Assembly: GCA_009914755.4 (NCBI GenBank)
Contig: CP068257.2
Span: 10,304,001 to 10,368,000 of the forward strand
Direction of reading: 5' to 3'
Source: the human T2T-CHM13v2.0 reference genome, Homo sapiens
DNA: 64,000 nt
Below the pieces are notes generated by a model, which was not told where the DNA came from, did no database searches, and was given only the letters and a program-made list of their open reading frames with translations. The position numbers and the translations under genes were made by a program. Positions 13,066 to 28,700 of this stretch are shown piece by piece; position 1 is the stretch's first letter; the number at the start of each line of letters is the position of its first letter.

Positions 13066-13510
13066 GACTGGATTAAGAAAATGTGGCACATATACACCAT
13101 GGAATACTATGCAGCTATAATAAATGATGATTTCATGTACTTTGTAGGGACATAGATGAAATTGGAAATCACCATTCTCAGTAAACTATCGCAAGAACAA
13201 AAAACCAAACACTGCATATTCTCACTCAAGGGTGGGAATTGAACAATGAGAGCAACACATGGACACAGGAAGGGGAACATCACACTCTGGGGACTGTTGT
13301 GGGGTGGGGGGAAGGGGGAGGGATAGCATTGGGAGATATACCTAATGCTAGATGACGAGTTAGTGGGTGCAGCACACCAGCATGGCACATGTATACATAT
13401 GTAACAAACCTGCACATTGTGCACATGTACCCTAAAACTTAAAGTATAATAATAATAAATTAAAAAACTAACTTTGAAAGAAATAAAAAAGTGTTGAAAA
13501 TAAAAAAAAA
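13066..13510 (+). mobile_element. L1 3' fragment of about 445 bp, plus orientation (ORF2 C-terminal end, 3'UTR and poly-A)
   Basis: gactggattaagaaaatgtggcacatatacaccatggaatactatgcagc...gggagggatagcattgggagatatacctaatgctagatgac...acatgtaccctaaaacttaaagtataataataataaattaaaaaa, ending in a poly-A at 13495-13510. It is inserted inside an alpha-satellite monomer (agacagaag | L1 | attcctgag). Confidence 0.93.
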
Positions 13511-16500
13511 GATTCCTGAGAAACTCCTTTGTTATGTGTGCATTCATCTCACCAGTTTGAAATTTTCTTTTGATTGAGCAGTTTAGAAACAGTCTTTTTG
13601 TACAATCTACAAAGTGATATTTCTGAACGGTTTGATGCCTATGGTGAAAAAGAAATATCTTCACATAAAAACTAGACAGAAGCATTATGATAACCTAATT
13701 TATTATGTGTGCATTCGTCTCACAGAGTTGAACATTTCTTTTCATTTAGCAGTTCGAAAACTGTCTTTGTAGAATCTGCAATGGGGTATTTGTGAGATCT
13801 TTGAGGCCCATGGTGATATAGGAAATATCTTCACAAAAAAAGTAGAGAGAAGCATTATGAGAAACTTCTTCGTGATGTGTACTTTCTTTTCACAGATTCG
13901 AATCTTTCTTTTAATTGAACAGTTGGAAACTCTCTTTTTGTAGAGTTTGCAAAAGGATATTTGGAGTGCTTTGAGGCCTATGGTGAAAAAGGAAATATTT
14001 TCACTTAAAAACTAAACAGAAGCTTTCTGAAAAACTTCTCTGTGATGTGAGTATTCATGTCACAGTGTTGAACCTTTGTTTTCATTGAGCAGTTTGGAAA
14101 CCATCTTTTTGTACAATCTGCAAAGGAATATTTCTGAGCAGTTTGAGGCCTATGGTGAAAAACAAATATCTTAACACAGAAACTAGACAGAGGCATTCTG
14201 AGAAACTTCTTATTCACATGTGCATTCATCTCCCAGAGATGAATCTTTCTTTTCATTGAGAAATTCGGAAACAATCTTTTGTAGAATTTGCAAAAGGATA
14301 TATGTGAGCCCACTGAGGCCCATGGTGAAATGGGAAATATCTTCACAGAAAAACTATACAGAAGCATACCGAGAAACTTCTTTGTGATGTTTGCATTCAT
14401 CTCACAGAGTTGAAATTTTCTTTTGATTGAGCAGTTTGGAAAAACTCTTTTTGAAGTATCTGCAAATGGATATTTGGAGCACTTTGTGGCTTGTGGTGAA
14501 AAACTAAATATCTTCACATAAAATCTAGTGAGAAACTTTCTGAAGAACTTCTTTGTGATGTGTGTTTTCATCTCACAGAGTTGAAAATTTCTTTTGATTG
14601 AGCAGTTTGGAAACACTATTTTGTAGAATCTGCAAATTGATATTTGGATTTCTTTGAGGCCTATCGTTAGAAGGGAAATATCTTCACATAAAAACTAGAC
14701 AGAAGATTTCTGAGAAACTTCTTTGTGATGTGTGCTTTCATCTCACAGACTTGAACTGTTCTTTTGATTGAGCAGTTAGGAAAAATTCTTTATCTACAAT
14801 CTGCAAAGGGATATTTCTGATTCCTATGGTGAAAAAGAAATATCCTCCCATAAAAATTAGACAGAAACATTCTGAGAAACTTCTTTGTGATGTGTGCTTT
14901 CATCTCACAGGTTTGAGCCTTTCTTTTGATTGAACACTTTGGAAACAGTCTTTTTGTACAATGTACAAAGGGATATTTCTGAATGGTTTGATGCCTATGG
15001 TGAAAAAGAAATATCTTCACAAAAAAACTAGACAGAAGCATTCTGAGTAACTTCTTTTTTATGTCTGCATTCGTCTCACAGAGTTGAACCTTTCTTTGCA
15101 TGGAGCAGTTCGAAAACAGTCTTTTTGTAGAGTCTGCAAAGGGATATTTGTGAGCTCTTTGAGGCGTATGGTGAAATATGAAATATCTTCACATAAAAAC
15201 CAGACAGAAGCATTATGAGGAACTTCTTTGTGATGTGTGGTTTCATCTCACAGAGTTGAACTTTTCTTTGCATTTGACAGTTTAGAAACAGTCTTTTTGT
15301 ACAATATGCAAAGGGATGTTTTTGAACGGTTTGAGGCCTATGGTGAAAAATAATTATGTCAGATAAAAACCAGACAGAAGCATTCTGAGAAACTTCTTTT
15401 TCATGTGTGCATTTATCTCACAGAATTGAACCTTTCTTTTCATGTAGCTGTTTGGAAACAGTCTTTTTGTAGAATCTGCAAATGGATATTTGGAGCACTT
15501 TGAGGCCTGTGGTGAAAAAGGAAATATCTTCACATAAAAACTAGACAGAAGCATTCTGAAAAACTTCTTTGGATGGGTGCATTCATTTCACAGAGATGAA
15601 GCATTCCTTTGATTGAACAGTTTTCAAGTAGTCTTTTTGTAGTATCTGCAGAGGGATATTTGGGAGCCATTTAAGGCCTATGGTGAAAAAGGAAATATCT
15701 TCACATAAAAACTAGACAGAGGCATTCTGAGAAACTTCTTTATGATATGCGCATTCATCTCACAGAGTTGAACCTGTCTTTTCATTGAGCAATTTGGAAA
15801 CAGTGTTTTTGTACAATCTGCAAAGGGATATTTCTTAGCTGTTTGAGGCCTCTGGTGAAAAAGTCATATCTTCACATAAAAACTAGGCAGAAGCCTTCTG
15901 AGAAACTTCTTTGTGATATGTCCATTCATCTCACAGAGTTGAAACTTTGTTTTGATTGAGTTGTTTGGAAACAGGCTTTTTGTAGAGTCTGCAAAGGGAT
16001 ATTTGGAAGACCTTTATGGCTTATGATGAAATAGGAAATATCTTCACATAAAAACTAGAAAAATATTCTGAGAAACTTCTTTGTGATGTGTGCTTTCATC
16101 TCACAGAGTTGAAACTTTCTTCTGATTGAGCAGTTTGGAAAGAGGCCTTTTGTAGTATCTGAAAAGAGATATTTTTGAGCCCATTGAGGCCTATGCTGAA
16201 AGAGGAAATATCTTCACATATAAGCTAGATAAAAACTTTCTGAGAAAATTCTTTGTGATGTGTGTTTTCATCTCACAAAGTAGAATCTTTCTTTTCATTG
16301 AGCAGTTTAGAAGCAGTCTTTTTGTAACAGCTGCATAGGGATATTTCTGAGTGGTTTGAGGCCTATGGTGACAAAGAAATATCTTCACATAAAACTAGAC
16401 AGAAGCATTCTGAGAAACTTCTTTTTTAGGTGTGAATTCATCTCACAGAGTTGAAACTTACTTTTCATTGAGCAGTTCTGTAACAGTCTTTTTGTAGAAT

Positions 16501-16782
16501 CTGCAAAAGGATATTTGTGAGCCCCTTGAGGCCCATGGTGTAACAGGAAATACCTTCACTTAAAAACTAGACAGAAGCATTCTGAGTAACTTCTTTGTGA
16601 TTTGTGATTTCATCTCACAGAGTTGAACCTTTCTTTTGATTGAGCAGTTTGGAAAACCTCTTTTTGCACAATCTGCAAAAGATATTTGGTGCACTTTGTG
16701 GACTATGGTGAAAAAGGAAATATCTTCATATAAAAACTAGAAAGAAACTTTCTGAGAAACTTCTTTGTGATGTGCACTTTCT
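13511..16782 (+). repeat. Alpha satellite, family M, A orientation
   Basis: 171-bp monomers as above. Confidence 0.95.
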
Positions 16783-18354
<1,572 letters not shown>

Positions 18355-20222
18355 CCTGAGAAACTTCTTTGTGATGTGTGCATTCATCTCACAGAGTTGA
18401 ACCTTTCTTTTGATTGGGCAGTTTGGAAACAGTCTTTTTGTAGAATCTGCAAAGTGATATGTTTCAGTGGTTTGAATCCAATGGTGAAAAAGGAAATATC
18501 GAAAAATAAAATGTAGACAGCAGCTTTCTGAAGAACTTCTTTGTGATGTGTGCATTCATCTCACAGGGTTGAATTTCTTTCAATTCACCAGTTTGGAAAC
18601 AGTCTTTTTGTAGAACCTGCAAAGTGATATTGGTGAACGCTTTGATGCTTATGGTGCAAAAGGAAATATCTTCATATAAAAACTAGACTCATGTTTTCTG
18701 GGAAACTTCTTTGTGATGGGTGTATGCATCTCAAAGACTTGAATCTTTCTTTTGATTGAGCAGTTTGGAAACAGTCTTTTTGGAGAATCTGTAAATGGAT
18801 GTTTTTGAGTGGTTTGAGGCATGTGATGAAAAAGGAAATATCTTCATATAAAAACTAGACAGAAGCATTCTGAGAAACCACTTTGCGATGCATGCATTCA
18901 TCTCACAGAGTTTAATTTTCTTTCATTGAGCAGATAGGAAACAGTCTTTTTGTAGAATAAGCAAAGCGATATTTGTGAGCTTTCTGAGGCCTATTGTGAA
19001 AAAGGAAATATCCACAAATAAAATCTAGACAGAATCCTTCTGAGAAACTTCGTAGTGATGTGTGCATTCATCACACAGAATTGAACCTTTCTTTTGATTG
19101 AGCAGTTTGGAAACAGTCTTTTCATAGAATCTGCAAAGGAAAATTTGGGAACACTTTCAGGCTTATGGTGAAAAAAAGTGTCTTCACATAAAAACTATAC
19201 AGAAACATTCTGAGAAACTTCTTTTTGATGTGTGCATTCATCTCACACAGCTGAACTTTCATTTGAGTGAGCAGTTTGGAAACAGTCCTATTGTAGAATC
19301 TGCAAAGGGTTATTTATGAGCTGTTTGAGGCCTATGGTGAAAAAGGGAGTATCGACAAATAAAAACTAGACAGAAACTTTCTGAGAAACTTCTCTCTGAT
19401 ATGTGCATTCATCTCACAGAGTAGAAGCTTTCTTTGATTGAGCCGTTTGGAAACAGTCTTTTTGTAGAATCTGCAAAGGGTTATATATAGGCGGTTTCAG
19501 GTCTATGGTGAAAAAGGAAATATCTTCACATAAAAACTAGACAGAAGCTTTCTGAGAAAATTCTTTGAGATGTGCACATTCATCTCACAGATTTGAAGTA
19601 TTCTTTTCCTTGACCAGTTTGGATAGAGTCTTTTTGTAGAATCTGCTTTGCGATATATGTGAGCCCTTTGAAGCCTATGGTGAAAAAAGTAATATCTTCA
19701 CACAAAAACTAGACAGAAGCTTTCTGAGAAACTTCTTTGTGATGTGTGCATTCATCCCAAAAGTTGAACCTGTCTTTGGATTGAGCAGTTTGGAAACAGT
19801 CCTTTGTAGAATGTACAAAGGGATATTTGGGATCCCTTTTTGGCCTATGGTGAAAAAGGAAATGTCTTCAGATAAAAACTAGACAGAAGCATTCTGAGAA
19901 ACTTCTTTGCGATGTGTGCATTCACCTCACAGAGTTGAAGCTTTCTTTTGATTGAGTAGTTTGGAAACAGTCTTTTTGTAGAATCTGAAAAGGGTTATTT
20001 ATGAGTGGTTTGAGGTCTATGGTGAAAAAGGGAGTATCAACAAATAAAAAGTAGACAGAAACTTTCTGAGAAACTTCTCTGGATGTGTGCATTCATCTCA
20101 CAGAGTGGAAGCTTTCTTTGATTGAGCAGTTTTGTAACAGTCTTTTTGTAGAATTTGCAAAGGGATATATGTAGGCAGTTTGAGGTCTATGGTGAAAACG
20201 GAAATATCTTCACATAAAAACT
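18355..20222 (+). repeat. Alpha satellite, family M, A orientation
   Basis: 171-bp monomers. The last monomer ends ...gaaatatcttcacataaaaacta at 20223. Confidence 0.95.
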
Positions 20223-23200
20223 AACTGCTTAATGGGAAGAAATTTTTACTTCTGTGTGATAAATGCACATGTCACAAATGAGTTACTCAGAAAACTTCTT
20301 TCTACTTTTAATATGAAGATATTTCCTTTTTCACCATATGCTTCAATGCACTCACAGATATCCCTTTGAAGATTCTACAAAAAGATTGTTTCCAAACTGC
20401 TCAATAAACAGAATGATTCAACCCTGTGAGACGAATGTGTACATCACAAAGAAGTTTCTCAGAAAACTTCCTTCTCAGTTTTATTTGAAGATATTTCCTT
20501 TTTGAACATAGGCCTCAATGCACTCCCAAATATACCTTTGCAGAGTCTACAAAAAGACTGTTTCCAAACTGCTCAATCAAAAGAAAGTTTCAACTCTGTT
20601 AGATGAATGCACTCATCAGAAAGTAGTTTCTCAGTAAGCTTCTCACTAGTTTTTATATGAAGATACTTCCTTTTTCAACATGGGTCTCAAAGCACTCAAA
20701 AATATCCCTTTGCAGACTCTAGAATAACAGAGTTTACAAACTGCTCAATGAAAAGAAATGTTTACATCTGTGAGATGAGTACACATATCTTAAAGCAGCT
20801 TCTCAGAATGCTTCTTTCTAGCTTTTATGTGAAGATATTTCCTTTTCCACCATAGGCCTCAACTTGCTCCTAAATATCCCTTTGCAGATTCTACAAAAAG
20901 ACTGTTTCCATACTGCTCAATCAAAAAAAAAAATGTTAAACTCTATGAGATAAATGCACACATCAAAAAAAGTTTCTCAGAAAACTTTTGTCTAGTTTTT
21001 ATGTGAATATATTTCCTTATTCATCATAAGCCTCAAAGCGCTACAAATATCCCTCTGCAGATTCTACAAAAAGACTGTTTGCAAACTGCTCAATCCAAAG
21101 AATATTTCACCTCTGTGTGATGAATGCACACATCCAAAGAAGTTTCTCAGAAACTTTCTTTATGGTTTTTCCCTGAAGATATTTCCTTTTTCAACATAGA
21201 CCTCAAAGACATCACAAATATCCCTTTGCAGATTCTACAAAAAGACTGTTTCCAAGCTGCTCAATAAAAAGAATTATTGAACACTGTCAGATGAATGCAC
21301 ACAGCTCAAAGAAGTTTCTCAGAATCCTTCAGTCTAGTTTTTATGTGAATATATTTCCTTTTTCACGATAGGCCTCAAAGTGCTCCAAATATCCGTTTGC
21401 AGAGTCTACAAAAAGACTGTTTCCAAACGGCTCAATCAAAACAAAGGTTCAACTCTGTGTGATGAATGCACACATCACGAAGTAGTTTCTCATAATGCTT
21501 CTGTCCAGTTTTTCACCGTAGGTCTCAAAGTGCTCACAAATATCTCTTTACAGATTCTACAAAAATACTTCTTCCAAATTGCTCAATCAAAAGAAAGGTT
21601 CAACTCTGTGAGATGTATGCACACCACAAAGAGGTTTCTCAGAAAGCTTCTCTCTAGTTTTTATGTGAAGATATTTCCTTTTTCACCATAGGCCTCAAAG
21701 CATTCACAAATATCCCTTTGCAGATTCTACAAAAAGACTCTTTACACATGGCTCAAACAAAAGAATGTTTCAACTCTGTGAGGTGAATGCTCACATCACG
21801 AGGATGTTTCTCAGAAAGCTTCTGTGTAGTTTTTATGTGAAGATATTTCCTTTTTCACCATACACCTCAAAGGGCTCACAAATATCCCTTTGCAGATCTT
21901 ACAAGAAAAGAGTTTCCAATCTTCTCAATGAAAAGAAACAGACACATCTGGGAGATGAATGTACATATCACAAAGCAGTTTCTGAGAAACATTCTGTCTA
22001 GTTTTTATGTGAAGGTATCTCCTTTTCCACCACAGGATGTAAAGCACTCAAAATTGTCCCTTTGCAGATTCTACAAAAAGATTGTTTCCACACTGCTCAT
22101 CAAAAGAAAGGTTCAACTCTGTGAGATGAATGCACATGTCAAAAAGTGGTTTCTCAGAAATCTTCTATTAATTTTTTATGTGAATGTTTCCTTTTTCCCC
22201 ATGAGCCTCAAGGTGCTCAGAAGTATCCACTTGAAGAATATTTAAAAAGACTGTTTCCAAACTGCTCAATCAAAAGAAAAGTTGAACTGTGTGAGATGAC
22301 TGCACACATCACAAAGAAGTTTCTCAGAAACCTTCTTTATAGTTTTTCTGTGAAGATATTTCCTTTTTCACCATAGGCCTCAAAGCCCTCACAAATATCT
22401 CTTTGCAGATTCTACAAAAAGATTGTTCCAAATCGCTCAATAAAAAGAATTATTGAACTTTGTGAGATGAATGCACACATCTCAAAGAAGTTTCTCACAA
22501 ACTTTCAGTCTGATTTTTATGTGAATGTATTTCATTTTTCACCATAGGCCTCAAAGTGCTCCAAATATCCATTTGCAGAGTCTACAAAAAGACTGTTTCC
22601 AAATGGCTCAATGAATAGAAAGTTTCAACTCTGAGATGAATCCACAAATCACTAAGAAGTTTTGCAGGAGGCTTCTGTCTAATTTTTATATGAAGACATT
22701 TCCTTTTTCACCATAGGCCTCCATCTGCTCACAATTATCCCTTAGCAGATTCTACAAGAACAGAATTTCCAGACTGATCAAACAAAACAAACGTTTTTCT
22801 CTGTGTGGTGAATGCACACATCACAAAACTGTTTCTCAGAAACCTTCTTTATACTTTTTATGTGATGATAATTCTTTTTTCTCCCTAGGACTCAAAGTGC
22901 TCAAAAATATCCCTTTGCAGATTCTACAAAAAGATTGTTTCCAAAGTGCTCAATCGAAAGAATAGTTCAACTCTGTGAGATGAATGTGTACATCACAGAG
23001 AAGTTTCTCAGAAACCTTCTTTTTAGTTTTTATGTGAAGATATTTCCTTTTCCACCACAGGCTTCAAAGTGCTCAGGAATATCCCTTTGTAGATTCTGCA
23101 AAAAGACTGCTTCCCAACTGCTCAATCAAATAAATGGTTGAACTTTGTGAGATGGATGCACACATCTCAAAGAGGTTTCTCAGAAATCTTCTGTCCATTT

Positions 23201-25780
23201 TTTATGTGAAGATATTTCCTTTTTCACCATAGCACTACAAGTCGTGACAAGTATCCCTTGCAGATTCTATAAAAACACTGTTTCCAGACTGCTCAATCAA
23301 AAGAATGGTTCAACTCTGTGAGATGATTGCACACATCACAAAGAAGCCACTAAGAAAGCTTCTGTCTAGTTTTTATGTGAAGATATTTCCTTTTTCACCA
23401 TAGGCCTCAAAGCACTCACAAATATCCCTTTGCAGATTCTACAAGAACAGTTTCCTAACTGATCACAGAAAATAAATGTTTACCTCTCTGAGATCAATGC
23501 ACACACCACAAAGCTGTTTCTAAGAAACCTTCTTTATACCTTTTATATGAATATATTTCCTTTTTCACCATTGGCCTCAAAGCTCTCATAAATATCCCTT
23601 TGCAGATTCCACAAACAGACGGTTTCCATACTGCTCAATCAAAAGTAAGTTTCAACTTTGTGAGATGAATGCCCACATCACAAAGAGGTTTCTCAGAAAG
23701 CCTCTCTCTAATTTTTATGTGAAGATATTTCCTTTTTCACCATAGGCCTCAAAGCACTCACAATTATCCCTTTGCAGAATCTACAAGAACAGTTTCCAGA
23801 CAGATCAGAGAAAAGAAACGTTTACTTCTGTGAGATGAATGCATAAATCATAAAGCTGTTTCTGAGAAACCTTGTTTATACTTTTTATGTGAATACATTT
23901 CCTTTTTAACCATAGGCCTCAAAGCACTCATAAATATCCCTTTGCAGATTCTACAAAAAGAGTGTTTCCAAACTGTTCAATCAAAAGAATGGTTGAACTC
24001 TACGAGATGAATGCACACATCACAAAGAAGTTTCTCGGAAAGTTTCTGTCTAGTTTTTATGTGAAGATATTTCCTATTTCATCATAGGCCTCATACCACT
24101 CAAAAATATGCCCTTACAGATTCTACAAAAATACTGTTTCCAAATTGCTCAATCCAAAGAAAGTTTCAAATCTGTGAGATGAATGCACACATCACAAGGA
24201 GGTTTCTCAGAAAGCTTCTCTCTAGTTTTCATGTGAAAATATTTCGTTTTCACCATAGGCTTCAAAGCATCACAAATATCCATTTGCAGATTCTACCAAA
24301 ATACTGTTTACAAACTGCCCAATCAAAAGTATGTTTCAACTCTGTGAGATGAATTCTCGCATCTCCAAGATGTTTCACAGAAAGCTTCCGTCTAGTTTTT
24401 ATGTGAAGATAATTCCTTTTTCACCATAGGCCTCAAAGTGCTGACAAATATCCCTTTGCAGATTTTACAAGAACAGAATTTCCAATCTGTTCATTGAAAA
24501 GAAATGGTTACTTCTGTGAGATGAAAGCAAACATCACAAGGCAGTTTCTCAGAAATATTCTGTCTAGTTTTTATTTAAAAATAATTCCTTTTCCAACATA
24601 GGACACAAAACACTAACTAATAACCCTTTGGAAATTCTACCAAATACTGCTTCCAAAATGCTCATCAAAAGAAAGGTTCACCTCTGTGGGATAAATGCAA
24701 ATATCAAAAAGATGATTCTCAGAAAGCATCTATCTTGTTTTTATGTGAAAGTGTTTCCTTTTTCACCATGGGCCTCAAAGTGCTCAAAAATATCCCTTTG
24801 CAGATCCTAAAAAAAGACTGTTTCCAAACCGGTGAGTCAAAGGAATGGTTCAACTCTGTGAGATGAATGCACACATCATAAAGAAGTTTCTCACAAACCT
24901 TCTTTATAGTTTTTATGTGAAGATATTTCCTTTTAACCATAGACCTCAAAGTGCTCACAAATATCCCTTTGCAGATTCTACAAAAAGGTGGTTTCCCAAC
25001 TGCTCCATCAAAAGAATTGTTGAACTCTGTGAGATGAATGCATACATCACAAAGCAGTTTCTCAGAAATCTTTAGTCTAGTTTTTTTGTGAAGATAATTT
25101 CTCTTTCACCATAGGCCTCAAAGTGATCAGAAATATCCCTTTACAGATTCTACAAAAAGACGTTTCTAAACTGCTTAATCAAAAGAAAGTTTCATTTCTG
25201 TGAGATGAATGCACATATCACCAAGAAGTTTCTCACTAGGCTTCTGTCTAGTTTTTATGTGAAGACAATATCTTTTTCACAATAGGGCTCTAGGCACTCA
25301 AAAATATCCCTTAGCAGATCCTACAAGAACAGAGTTTCCCAACTGATCAAAGAAAAGAATTGTTTACCTCTGTGAGATGAATGCAGACATCAAAAAACAG
25401 TTTCTCAGAAACCTTCTTTATAGTTTTCTGTGAAGATACTTCTTTTCCTGCATAGGCCTCAAAGTGCTCACAAATATCCGTTTGCAGATTCTTCAAAAAG
25501 ACTGTTTCCAAAGGGCTAAATTAAAAGAGACATTCAAATCTGTGAGATGAATGCACATATCACAAAGAAGTATCTTGGAAACTTTCTGCATACTTTGAAT
25601 GTGAAGATATTTCCTTTGTCACAATAGGCCTCAAAGTGCTCAAAAATACCCCCTTTGAGATTGTACAAGAACACAGTTTCCAGACTGATAGGAGAAAAAA
25701 AACACTTACCTCTGTGAGATGAATGCACACATCACAAGGTTGTTTTTAGAAAACCTGCTTTATAGTTCTTATGTGAAGAT
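20223..25780 (-). repeat. Alpha satellite, family M, reverse-complement (B) orientation
   Basis: These monomers are the reverse complement of the left-hand family (gctcacaaatatccctttgcagattctacaaaaagactgtttccaaactgctcaatcaaaagaaaggttcaactctgtgagatgaatgcacacatcacaaagaagtttctcagaaa...tatgtgaagatatttcctttttcaccatagg). Confidence 0.95.
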
Positions 25781-28700
25781 ATGTCCTTTTCCACCATAGG
25801 ATTCACCGCGCTCCAAATATCCAATGGCAGACTCTACAAAAAGAGTGTTTCCAAACTGCTCAACAAAAAGTTAGTTCATCTCTGTGAGATGAATGCACAC
25901 AACACAAAGAAGTTTCTCAGAATGCTTCTGTCTAGTTTTCATTGCAGATATTTCCTTTTCCACCATAGGCATCAAAGCACTCTAAATATCCACTTGCAGA
26001 TTCTACAAAAAGAGTGTTTCAAAACTGCTCAATCAAAAGAAAGTTTCAACTCTGTGAGCTGAAAGCACACATCACAAAGAAGTTTCTCAAAATGATTCCC
26101 TGTAGTTTTCATGTGAAGATATTTCCTTTTCCACAAGAGGCCGCAAAGCGATCCAAATATCCAATTGCAGATTCTACAAAAAGTGTGTTTCAAAACTGCC
26201 CAATCAGAATAAAGTTTGAACTCTGTGAGTAGAATACACGCATCACAAAGAACTTTCTCAGAATGCTTCTGGCTAGTTTTTAAGGGAAGATATATTCTTT
26301 TGCACTGTATGTCTCAAAGAGATCCAAATATCCACTTGCAGATTCTACAAAAAGAGTGTTTCAAAACTGCTCAATGAAAAGAATGGTTCAACTCTGTGAG
26401 ATGAATGCACACATCACAAAGAAGTTTCTCTGAATGCTTCTGTCTAGTTTTTATGTGCAGATATTTCCTTTTCCACTATAGGCCTCAAAGCTGTCCAAAT
26501 ACAAATTTGAAGATGGTACGAAAAGAATGTATCCAAACTGCTCAATAAAAAGACATGTTCAACTCGGTGAGTTGAATGCACACATCACAGAAAAGTTTCT
26601 CAGAATGCTTCTGTCTAGTTTTTATGTGAAGATATTTCCTTTTCCACCATAGGCCTCAAAGCGCTCTAAATATCCAACTGCTGATTCTACGAAAAGAGTG
26701 CTTCAAAACTGCTCAATCAAAAGAAATGTTCAACTCTGTGAGTTGAATGTACACATCACAAAGAAGTATCTTAGAATGATTCTGTCTAGTTCTTATGTGA
26801 AGATATTTCCTTTTCTATCATGGCTTCAAAGTGCTCCACATATCCACTTGCAGACTCTACAAAAAGAGTGTTTCAAAACTGCTCAATCAAAAGAAAGGTT
26901 CAACTCTGTGAGATGAATGCACACATCATGAAGAAATTTCTCAGAATGCTTCTGTCTAGATTTTATGTGAAGATATTTCCTTTTCCACCAGAGGCCATAC
27001 AGCGCTCCAAATATTCACTTGCAGATTCTACAGAAAGAGTGTTTCAGAACTGCTCAATCAAAAGAAAGGTTCAACTCTGTGAGTTGAATGCACACAACAC
27101 AAAGAACTTTGTCAGAATGCTTCTCTGTAGTTTTTACGTGAAGATGTTTGCTTTTCCACCATAAGCATCAAAGCGGTCCAAATATCCACTTGCACACTCT
27201 ATAAAAAGAGTGTTTCAAAACTGCTCAATCAAAAGAAAGTTTCAGCTCAGTGAGATGAAGGCACACATCACAAAGAAGTTTCTCAGTATACTTCTGTCTA
27301 GTCTTTATGTGAAGACATTTCCTTTTTCACAATAGGCCTCAAAGAGGTCCAAATATCCACTTGCAGATTCTACACAAAGAGTGTTTCAAAACTGTTAAGT
27401 CAAAAGAATGGATCAAGACAGTGATATGAATGCACACACCACAAAGAAGTTTTTCAGAATGCTTCTCTCTAGTTTTTAGGTGAAGATATTTCCTTTTACA
27501 CCATAGACCTCAAACCGCTCCAGGTATCCCTTTGCAGATACTACAAAAAGAGTGTTTCAAAACTGCTCAATCAAAAGAAAGATTCAACTCTGTGAGATGA
27601 ATGCACACATCAAGAAGAAGTTTCTCAGAATGCTTCCAACAAATATTTATGTGAAGATATTTCCTTTTCCACTATCGACCTCAAAGTGCTCCCAGTATCC
27701 ACTTGCAGATTCTACAAAAAGAGTGTTTCCAAACTGCTCAATCAAAAGAAAGCTTCAACTCTGAGAGATGAATGCACACATCACAAAGAAATGTCTCAGA
27801 ATGCTTCTGTCTAGTTTTTATGTGAAGATATTGCCTTTTTCATTTAAGGCCACATAGCGCTCCAAATACCCAATTGCAGGTTCTACAAAAGGAGTCTTTC
27901 AAAACTGCTCTATCAAAAGAAGGGTTACATTCTGTGAGTTGAATGCACACGTCACAAAGAAGTTTCTCAGAATGCTTCTGTCTACGATTTATGTGAAGAT
28001 ATTTCCTTTTCCACTATAGGCCTCAAAGCGCTGCAAATATCCACTGGCAGATTCTACAAAAAGAGTGTTTCAAAACTGCTCAATCAAAAGAAAGGTTGAA
28101 CACTGTGAGTTGAATGCACACATCACAAATAAGTTTCTCAGAATGCTTCTCTGTAGTTTTTATGTGAAGATATTTCCTTTTCCACCATAGGCCTCAAAGT
28201 GCTCCCAATATCCATTTGCAGATTCTACAAAAAGAGACATTCAAAACTACTAAATCAAAAGAATGGTTCAACTCTGTGAGATGAATGCACACAAAACAAA
28301 GAAGTAGCTGAGAATGCTTCTCTTTAGTTTTTATGTGAAGATATTTCCTTTTCCACCATAGGCCACAAAGTGCTCCTAATATCCACTTGCAGATTCTACA
28401 AAAAGAGTATTTCAAAACTACTCAATCAAAAGAATGGTTCAACTCTGTAAGATGAATGCACATATCACAAAGAAGTATCACAGAATGCTTCTGCCTAATT
28501 TTATTGTGAAAATATTTCATTTTCCACCATAGGCCTCAAAGCACTATGATTATCCACTTGTAGACTGTACAGAAAGAGCGTTTCAAAACTGGTCAATAAA
28601 AAGAAAACTTCAACTCTGTGAGATGAATGCACATATCACAAAGATGTTTCTCAGAATGCTTCTATCTAATTTTTATGTGAAGATATTTCCTTTTCCCCTG

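Noticed and set aside
20223-20223. Recent perfect palindrome (inverted duplication) centred on the 20223 strand switch
   Set aside because: By eye, the reverse complement of the first B-orientation monomers is only about 80% similar to the last A-orientation monomers. That is no better than arbitrary monomer pairs in this family. A recent palindromic duplication is therefore not supported, and an older inversion is more likely.
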